64,000 nucleotides of DNA. Origin: an uncultured Lachnospiraceae bacterium (lineage in GTDB: Bacteria; Bacillota; Clostridia; Lachnospirales; Lachnospiraceae). Positions 57,988 to 64,000 of the stretch are shown piece after piece; position 1 is the stretch's first letter; each line of letters starts with the position of its first letter. The translations under genes and the position numbers were made by a program. The DNA is taken from assembly GCA_900317475.1 (NCBI GenBank), contig ONGY01000001.1, positions 52,759-116,758 on the forward strand. The letters are read 5' to 3'. Below the pieces are notes generated by a model, which had not been told where the DNA came from, did no database searches, and saw nothing but the letters and a program-made list of their open reading frames with translations.

Positions 57988-59198
57988 TCGCCATCCTCCG
58001 TCCATTCGATTTCCCTGAGGGCTTCGCGCATTTCTTCATCCGAGACATTATTTGCGACAAATGCCCTGCCGGCACTCTTCAGGAGCACAAATGGAACAGT
58101 TCCTCCGACAGCCTTCTTGTCGGAGTGAGCAAGTTCGATGATACGGTCTTCATCGATTCCCTCCACGGAGATCGGAAGGCCGAACGGGACGAACATATCC
58201 CGGATTTCGTAATATTCTTCTTTACTGATCAGTTCTTTTTTCCAGGAAATGAACGATGCTGCAACGCAGCCGAGGGCGACGCATTCTCCGTGCGTGAGGG
58301 AGAAATTCTTGTATTTTTCAATTGCATGACCGAGAGTGTGGCCAAAATTCAGAAGACGGCGCTCGGATTTCTCATACGGATCCTTTTCGACGATCAGTTT
58401 CTTGATGAGGTCGCTGTTGTAGACCATCTCCTGCAGCGTGTTTACATCGCGGCCGCGAATTTCGTACAAATTATTGAGGAGCCAGACATAGAACTCCTCA
58501 TCGCGGATAAGCGCCGATTTCATGACCTCCGCAAACCCGCTTGCAAATTGCCGCCCGTCGAGGGTTTTCAGCGTGGAAATGTTTTCATACACGAGTTTCG
58601 GCATTTTAAATGCACCGACCATATTCTTGTAGCCATCGAAATCGACGCCGGTCTTGCCGCCGATGCTGCTGTCCGACTGCGCAAGAAGTGTTGTCGGAAT
58701 CTGTATATAGTCGATGCCGCGCAGGTATGTGGCAGCGGTAAAACCAGTGATGTCGCCGACAACGCCTCCGCCGAGTGCGATCAGCACCGAGCGGCGGTCG
58801 AATTTCTGCTCGATAAGGTTCTTATAGATTGAGCGGACGGTATCGAGCGTTTTCTGCGTCTCCCCTTCCTCAATGACGATGGAAACCGGCATGATGCCGT
58901 GCTCCGTGAACTTCGACCGGACCTCTTCGAGATACAGCGGTGCTACAGCCGAATCGGTAACGATCATGACCTTTGTATACGGAAAGGCATCCTTTCCGTC
59001 ATCACCAGTATGGCCGCCGGAAGTTTTACCGGCGCTGTCCTTTCCGGAGGCAGATGTTGCTGCAGAAGCTCCTGCTGCAAAATCCGGTGTAATCCGGCAG
59101 CTTTCTTCGAAGAGCGTGTCGAAATCCTTCCTGAACACAATGTCGTAACAGAACTTCCGGTCCCGGTTCACGGGGAGACGATCCTGAAACTGCTGCAT
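57984..59198 (-). CDS. aroB: 3-dehydroquinate synthase (with low-complexity N-proximal insert)
   Basis: GETQKT, ALGGGVVGDITGF, PTTLLAQSDSSIGGKTG, EVMK, LLNFGHTLGHAIE, HGECVA, DKK; RBS GAAAGGA. Confidence 0.95.
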   Translation of the reverse strand: MQQFQDRLPVNRDRKFCYDIVFRKDFDTLFEESCRITPDFAAGASAATSASGKDSAGKTSGGHTGDDGKDAFPYTKVMIVTDSAVAPLYLEEVRSKFTEHGIMPVSIVIEEGETQKTLDTVRSIYKNLIEQKFDRRSVLIALGGGVVGDITGFTAATYLRGIDYIQIPTTLLAQSDSSIGGKTGVDFDGYKNMVGAFKMPKLVYENISTLKTLDGRQFASGFAEVMKSALIRDEEFYVWLLNNLYEIRGRDVNTLQEMVYNSDLIKKLIVEKDPYEKSERRLLNFGHTLGHAIEKYKNFSLTHGECVALGCVAASFISWKKELISKEEYYEIRDMFVPFGLPISVEGIDEDRIIELAHSDKKAVGGTVPFVLLKSAGRAFVANNVSDEEMREALREIEWTEDGE

Positions 59199-59297
59199 GT
59201 TGATTCCTTTCTGAAATAGCTGTGAGTAAAGAAGTATAGTCAATAGTCAGCCGTACTGCCGGAGGAGACCGGAGAATAAGACAGCCGGTCGGGCAAA

Positions 59298-59317
59298 ACT
59301 GCATCCATGGATGCAGT
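59298..59317. repeat. Perfect 20-bp palindrome upstream of aroB
   Basis: ACTGCATCCATGGATGCAGT equals its own reverse complement. Confidence 0.92.
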
Positions 59318-59327
59318 AGGACTTACT

Positions 59328-59366
59328 AAAAAAATACGCACCAGAAGATTTCCGTCTGGTGCGTAT
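59328..59366 (-). terminator. Terminator after sepF
   Basis: ATACGCACCAGA / TCTGGTGCGTAT 12-bp stem with A7 on the + strand (U-tail on -). Confidence 0.85.
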
Positions 59367-59393
59367 AGATGAGATCCCTTTATCCGGTGCAGA

Positions 59394-60008
59394 TCAATAA
59401 TACTGCAGATTCTGAGCCGGTGCCTGTGCTGCGGCCGGCCGTCCTCCTGCATTCTGTACCTCGGAGTTTTCCGCTCCCTCGACGATATCACCTGCGATAT
59501 TCACATCCTTTGGAGTGAACAGGAAGATGTAATTCGAGATGCGGGTGAAGTGTCCGTGAATTGCATAATTAGAACCGCCGACAAAATCGATGATTCTCTG
59601 TGCCATCGCGATGTCGAGGCCTTCCAGATTGAGAATTGCGGACTGTTCGGAAAGCAGTGTGTCCGTCACTTTTCTTGCCTCAACCAGATTGGTGGGTTTA
59701 AATACCCGCACCTCCTGCCCTGCATCAACAAGAGAACTTGGTTTGACGTCTGGATGAGACTGCTGCTGGTCCCGGTCTCTGCCCTGTGGCTGAGAGGGAC
59801 GTCCGAAGACAGATGCCTTGGGTTTCCGGGGTTCGTCCTCGTCGTAGTCATCCTCATCTTCGTCGTCATAGCTGCCCTGACCGCGCTGGCCGCGGCGGCG
59901 TCTCGGCTCCTCATCATACATTTCATCCGGTGTATAATCGTCTTCTTCGTCTACATCATCGCCAGGCTTAAAAATATTCGCGAAACTCTTAAAAGGATTA
60001 CTGCTCAT
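59394..60008 (-). CDS. sepF: Cell division protein SepF
   Basis: Acidic N-terminal linker; VFKPT...ARKVTDTL, ILNLEG, AQRIIDFVGG, RISNYIFLFTP. Confidence 0.93.
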   Translation of the reverse strand: MSSNPFKSFANIFKPGDDVDEEDDYTPDEMYDEEPRRRRGQRGQGSYDDEDEDDYDEDEPRKPKASVFGRPSQPQGRDRDQQQSHPDVKPSSLVDAGQEVRVFKPTNLVEARKVTDTLLSEQSAILNLEGLDIAMAQRIIDFVGGSNYAIHGHFTRISNYIFLFTPKDVNIAGDIVEGAENSEVQNAGGRPAAAQAPAQNLQYY

Positions 60009-60094
60009 CGCTGTTTTATTTACCTCTCCTTATGATTCAGGAAGCTCTTCCATACACCCGGAATCAATACCTGTACTCAAAAACTCATTGTAAT

Positions 60095-60122
60095 ATTATC
60101 TTTTTTTTGAAGCTTATGTCAA
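60095..60122 (-). promoter_or_regulatory. Promoter of sepF
   Basis: Minus strand TTGACA, 16 nt, GATAAT. Confidence 0.6.
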
Positions 60123-60249
60123 CCTTTAAATAATTGTACAACTGTAGTGAAATACAGCGAAAGCACCCGGAATCATTCTGCCTGCGGTGCTCCGCTGATG
60201 CATCTGTGCGCATGGCCGATCACCGTTCTGACTGATTTAAGTGATCAGG

Positions 60250-61848
60250 CTAATTGTAGATGATTGTGTCCGGCGTAACCTCTGAGGCGTTCAGAACAAT
60301 GTGATCGTATTCCGAAAGCCCGTACAGCGTGTTCGGTTCTACAATGGAGTATTCGTCGTTCTGGTACAGAATTTTGACCTCCCGGAAATCCGCATATCCA
60401 CGGTTGATGTTGTATACGCCGATCAGCTCATCCATATCGCTGATGGTATAGGTGTCCGTCGAGTCCGGCTTGTCGATGACATCACCCGCCTTCAGAACTG
60501 ACTGATCAAGGTAGTAATAATCATCTTTCTCACTGTAGGGAACAGCGGTTGTGAACCGTACACTTTTTGTCCCGTTTTCGTCGTACGTCTCCAGGAGGAC
60601 GCCCTGATTGCCGCTCGTTCCGGTTGTCACATAATCCTTCGGGACCAGGAAGAACTCGGACTTTACGATGGCCGAATTCGGAACCTTCAGGCCCTTCTCC
60701 TGCTCTGTGATCAGCTCGATCTTCTCGTAGCGGTCACTGCAGAAGTCAATCATTGAGTTGGTGAAGGAAAGGTCAACAAACACATTCCCGCTTTCATCGG
60801 TTCTGCTTGAGACGGATGCCCAGAGAGTCTCACGGTTCTTGACGAAGCGGACCTGTATATAGCCGTCATCCGTCAGCTGTTTTGCCGTATCCGCATCGGT
60901 CATGATGACGATCGACCAGTTTTCATCGGTACACAGACGGTAAACCGGATCCCCCGTGTCGACAAGCTGATTGCTCTCGAGAGTAGTTTTGACGCAGGAT
61001 GCCTGGGCTTTATCGCTGAAATCATCAGCCGTCAGGCTTTCAAAGGTCGCGCCGTCAAGAGAATCCGTCGAGTAGGATATGATTCCGGTATCCGATGCAT
61101 AGCACTGATGAATGGATCCGGAAAGGCCTGCATTGGACAGCGAATTGATATCATCGAGAATATAGCTGCTAGACATCTTCTGGACTTCGCTCTTGATGGA
61201 TTCCCGGAAATCATACACGGAATTAAAAGAATGCGGGTCAAAATCCATCTCAAAATCGATGATCGATTTCTGAAGAGTGTCGTAATCCGTGTCTGAGAGA
61301 ATGCTTTCACCGGAATTCTGCGATTCCAGATAATCCATGATCTGTCCGGATTCGTCGATGGTATAGGCAAGCTGCCCCACTCCGATGCGGTCCGCTTCCT
61401 TCGTATAATAGTTGACATATCCCGGATACTCACTGTCGACAACTTCCTCCGTGCGGACAATGATGCCGGTATAGATCTGATTCGAGGACAGGGAACCGGT
61501 TCTCACCTCGTACCCTGCTATGGAATCGGAGGTCGAATACTGAATTATCTCAATGAGGATATAGACAAGAAGCACAATGAAAATGACCGTGCTGAAGTGA
61601 GGAGCATGGTGCCGGCGGCGTTTCTGTGCAGGGCGGCGGCTCCTGTCCTGTCCGTTCCCGGAAGTGTTTCTGCGCCGCTGTCCCTGACCGTACGGATCAT
61701 AGGAAGGATCATCTCTTCTGCTGCGGCCGGAATCGTTCCTGTTCTTTGTCTTATATGAAGTTGGACGCCGGTATTCTTCGTTCGTAGGCGCAGCCTCCGT
61801 GCGGAAAAAAGCCCCGGGCAGCCTATGCTCCCGAGGCTTAATGATCAA
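60250..61848 (-). CDS. HlyD-like membrane-anchored protein of the clostridial sepF cluster (start uncertain)
   Basis: Arg-rich N-terminus, single TM, YTGIIVRTE, SDTGIISYSTD, GLKVPNSAIV, GYADF, GLSEYDHI. Confidence 0.7.
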   Translation of the reverse strand: MIIKPREHRLPGAFFRTEAAPTNEEYRRPTSYKTKNRNDSGRSRRDDPSYDPYGQGQRRRNTSGNGQDRSRRPAQKRRRHHAPHFSTVIFIVLLVYILIEIIQYSTSDSIAGYEVRTGSLSSNQIYTGIIVRTEEVVDSEYPGYVNYYTKEADRIGVGQLAYTIDESGQIMDYLESQNSGESILSDTDYDTLQKSIIDFEMDFDPHSFNSVYDFRESIKSEVQKMSSSYILDDINSLSNAGLSGSIHQCYASDTGIISYSTDSLDGATFESLTADDFSDKAQASCVKTTLESNQLVDTGDPVYRLCTDENWSIVIMTDADTAKQLTDDGYIQVRFVKNRETLWASVSSRTDESGNVFVDLSFTNSMIDFCSDRYEKIELITEQEKGLKVPNSAIVKSEFFLVPKDYVTTGTSGNQGVLLETYDENGTKSVRFTTAVPYSEKDDYYYLDQSVLKAGDVIDKPDSTDTYTISDMDELIGVYNINRGYADFREVKILYQNDEYSIVEPNTLYGLSEYDHIVLNASEVTPDTIIYN

Positions 61849-61864
61849 ACAACATCAAAGGCAA

Positions 61865-62284
61865 TTAAAGGGAAATTGCGATCAGAGGCTTTACAGCGTC
61901 CGGCACTTCGGATTCATCCATTGATACACTCAGCACGAAATCGACGCCGTACTGTTCACTGATTTTCTGCAGACGTTCAATGGAGGCTGTGATATCTTTG
62001 CCGACCTGATCGGAGATGATGAGAAAGCTGTCGAAATACATCTGCTCGAGGTCATGGTCCTGAGAAATGATGCCGAGGACGAAACCGATGAACTCTTCCG
62101 TCGTCTTCACACCGGAGTCCGGTACCGAGATAAGACGGATCTTGTTGTTAAGCTCATACATGTGAGCAGTGCTCTTGTCGAGATAAACAATGTTGCCGAG
62201 AATATTCTTAACTTCTGTGTTGACCTTATCCAATAAGCACTTGGTCTTTCCTTTACCTTTTTTGCCTACGATGAGCTGAACCAT
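61865..62284 (-). CDS. Small P-loop-containing protein of unknown function
   Basis: MVQLIVGKKGKGKT Walker A-like; 139 aa; RBS GGAGG. Confidence 0.7.
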   Translation of the reverse strand: MVQLIVGKKGKGKTKCLLDKVNTEVKNILGNIVYLDKSTAHMYELNNKIRLISVPDSGVKTTEEFIGFVLGIISQDHDLEQMYFDSFLIISDQVGKDITASIERLQKISEQYGVDFVLSVSMDESEVPDAVKPLIAISL

Positions 62285-62481
62285 TGGACGTGCCCTCCTT
62301 GAATTGTGTCGTACTCCGGGTCCGTGACAGTTGTGTGCACCTTTGCTGAAAACACCGCCCTGCGGCTCGGAATCATAAAATAATTATAATAAAAGACCCC
62401 TTAAAAAACAACACTCAGGAGCCATTGTTGCGCCTTTGTTCACATCCTGATTAAGACCCGGTTCCGTTGTTCAGCCGGCCG

Positions 62482-63471
62482 TCATGGATTCTTTATAAGC
62501 CCCAAAAGAGAGTTCATTGTGCTGTACATTGCATCGGCACTCTCAGTGCGCATGACGACTGCGATATAGGGATTGCCGGATGAGTCGCGCGCGTAGAGAA
62601 TGAGGCAGTGACCGGCCGCAGAGGTCGTTCCGGTCTTTCCTCCAACGACCGTGATGCTGGTGGGAGCCTGGATATTGCCTGCCAGATACTGATTTGTCGC
62701 GCTTACATTGATCGTGCGGTCTCCGCCTGAGGAATCGTGAATAACAGTGCTGTAGGACTGTTGCGAGATGATCTCGCGGAAGAGCTCATAATTCATTGCC
62801 TCGTTGAAAATGAGGTACATGTCGTACGGCGTCGTGTAATGGTTCTCGTCCGTAAGGCCGTTGGAATTTACAAAGTTGGTGCCGGTGGCACCGAGTTCCT
62901 TCGCCTTATCATTCATCATACCGACGAAAGCCTCGGAATTGCCGGCGACACTGTCGGCAATGACAACCGCCGCGTCATTTGCGGAATAAATAAGAAGCAG
63001 ATGCAGTGCCTGATCCATGGTCAGCGTATCGCCCGGCTCAATACCGGCAACCTGAGCTCCGGCTTCAAGCTGGGTGACATCATCTCCGGCTGTCAGGACC
63101 TGATCCGTCGACGAATTATCAAGCGCGACGATTGCGGTCATGACCTTGGTCATGGATGCAGGATACAGCTGCGCAAAAACATTCTTTGCATAGAGTGTTT
63201 CTTTATTTGTGCAGTCAAACAGGCCGGCTGCCACTGTACTGGGAAGGTCGATCGCATCAGCATTCACATCTCCCTCTGTGACACAGAGATTTTCGGCAAA
63301 CGAATCCGCCCTCCCGGCAGTGTCCTGTGCCGTCTCGATGATGCCGAATGTGGAGTCGGCATAATTGTCGGAAAACGGTTCGGAGAAGCGGCTTCCGCAC
63401 CCTGCCAGCAGCGGGAGCATAAAAATTACGCAGGATACGGCACCGATCCTGCGTAATGCATTTTTCTTCAT
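62482..63471 (-). CDS. D-alanyl-D-alanine carboxypeptidase (peptidase S11), lipoprotein-like
   Basis: PASMTK (SxxK), SAN, FVNSNGL, KTG; N-terminal LLAGC lipobox. Confidence 0.93.
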   Translation of the reverse strand: MKKNALRRIGAVSCVIFMLPLLAGCGSRFSEPFSDNYADSTFGIIETAQDTAGRADSFAENLCVTEGDVNADAIDLPSTVAAGLFDCTNKETLYAKNVFAQLYPASMTKVMTAIVALDNSSTDQVLTAGDDVTQLEAGAQVAGIEPGDTLTMDQALHLLLIYSANDAAVVIADSVAGNSEAFVGMMNDKAKELGATGTNFVNSNGLTDENHYTTPYDMYLIFNEAMNYELFREIISQQSYSTVIHDSSGGDRTINVSATNQYLAGNIQAPTSITVVGGKTGTTSAAGHCLILYARDSSGNPYIAVVMRTESADAMYSTMNSLLGLIKNP

Positions 63472-63484
63472 GAAATTGACTGGA

Positions 63485-63880
63485 TTACTTATAAATCTCA
63501 CGCCACTCAAAGTCTCCGCGGTCAAGTGATTTGATCAGAAGTTCTGCTGTTGCCAGATTGGTCGCCAGCGGAATGTTGTGAATATCGCACAGACGGATGA
63601 CATTGTTGACATCGGGCTCATGAGACTTCGGCGTGAGCGGGTCGCGCAGGAATATCACCAGATCGATTTCATTCTGCTCAATCTGCGCACCGATCTGCTG
63701 CTCTCCTCCGAGATGGCCCGCCAGGTATTTGTGGACATTCAGATTGGTGGCCTCCTCAATGAGCCGGCCGGTCGTGCCTGTCGCGTAAAGCTCGTTTTTG
63801 CACAAAATGCCCCGATAGGCAATGCAGAAATTCTGCATCAGTTTCTTCTTGGCGTCGTGAGCAATTAAAGCAATATTCAT
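63485..63880 (-). CDS. mgsA: Methylglyoxal synthase
   Basis: IALIAHD.KK, ATGTTG, GGEQQIG, FLRDP, HEPD, IPLATN. Confidence 0.96.
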   Translation of the reverse strand: MNIALIAHDAKKKLMQNFCIAYRGILCKNELYATGTTGRLIEEATNLNVHKYLAGHLGGEQQIGAQIEQNEIDLVIFLRDPLTPKSHEPDVNNVIRLCDIHNIPLATNLATAELLIKSLDRGDFEWREIYK

Positions 63881-64000
63881 AGTAAGCAGGCTCCTCTCGT
63901 CATAAGAATAGTTCTATCGCTTTCTGCCCTGCATATAAACGTTCAGCACAAAACCGACTCCGAGGTAGAGCGACAGAAGACTCGTCAATCCATAACTTAC

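Noticed and set aside
60112-60124. dif right-arm-like TTATGTCAACC
   Set aside because: No matching left arm; it is the reverse complement of the sepF -35 element.
4073-60699. GAGAAGGG (SRS/KOPS-like) motifs appearing to point toward 55 kb
   Set aside because: Few sites, and they follow coding-strand Glu-Lys-Gly codons (one in lexA points the other way); not independent evidence for a terminus.
63895-63922. dif-like site (minus strand AAGCGATAGAA-CTATTC-TTATGACGAGA)
   Set aside because: Inner TAGAA/TTATG match the B. subtilis dif, but the normally best-conserved outer XerD arm does not; it lies in the mgsA upstream region.

Overview
Mostly core chromosome of a roughly 55% GC (by eye) Clostridia-type bacterium. 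Gene content and order look Lachnospiraceae-like, which is an inference. Genes run almost all on the + strand to about 55.3 kb: ilvB-ilvN, ilvN-ilvC, leuCD-ruvAB-zapA, U32 protein, SEDS/PBP pair, rpmB-asp23-fakA, recG, degV, parE/parC-like topoisomerase, rsmD-coaD, recU, GH13, a partial his operon, rng-rplU-prp-rpmA-obgE-yhbY-nadD-yqeK-rsfS, lexA/yneA/xer, AI-2E, dtd, a DUF5722-like protein and GH32. After that they are all on the - strand (cytidylate kinase-like, rluD, lspA, aroB, sepF, HlyD-like, small P-loop protein, dac, mgsA). No rRNA, tRNA or CRISPR array was seen. The one clear accessory insertion is a ~4 kb islet splitting fakA from recG (tyrosine recombinase, RelE/ParE-like TA pair, sugar epimerase, arginase-fold protein). 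The most interesting signals are: (1) a LexA/SOS box on the only visible promoter of a leuC-leuD-ruvA-ruvB operon; (2) a FakA whose middle-domain Cys/His metal-ligand motifs are all replaced; (3) a HisF-like barrel lacking its catalytic Asp, fused to HisIE; (4) strong over-representation of the palindrome TCCGGA, plus palindromic in-frame inserts in housekeeping genes; (5) three short-deletion junctions (ilvB, PBP fusion, cytidylate kinase-like) that may be real decay or assembly artefacts. All family assignments come from motif recognition without database searches.
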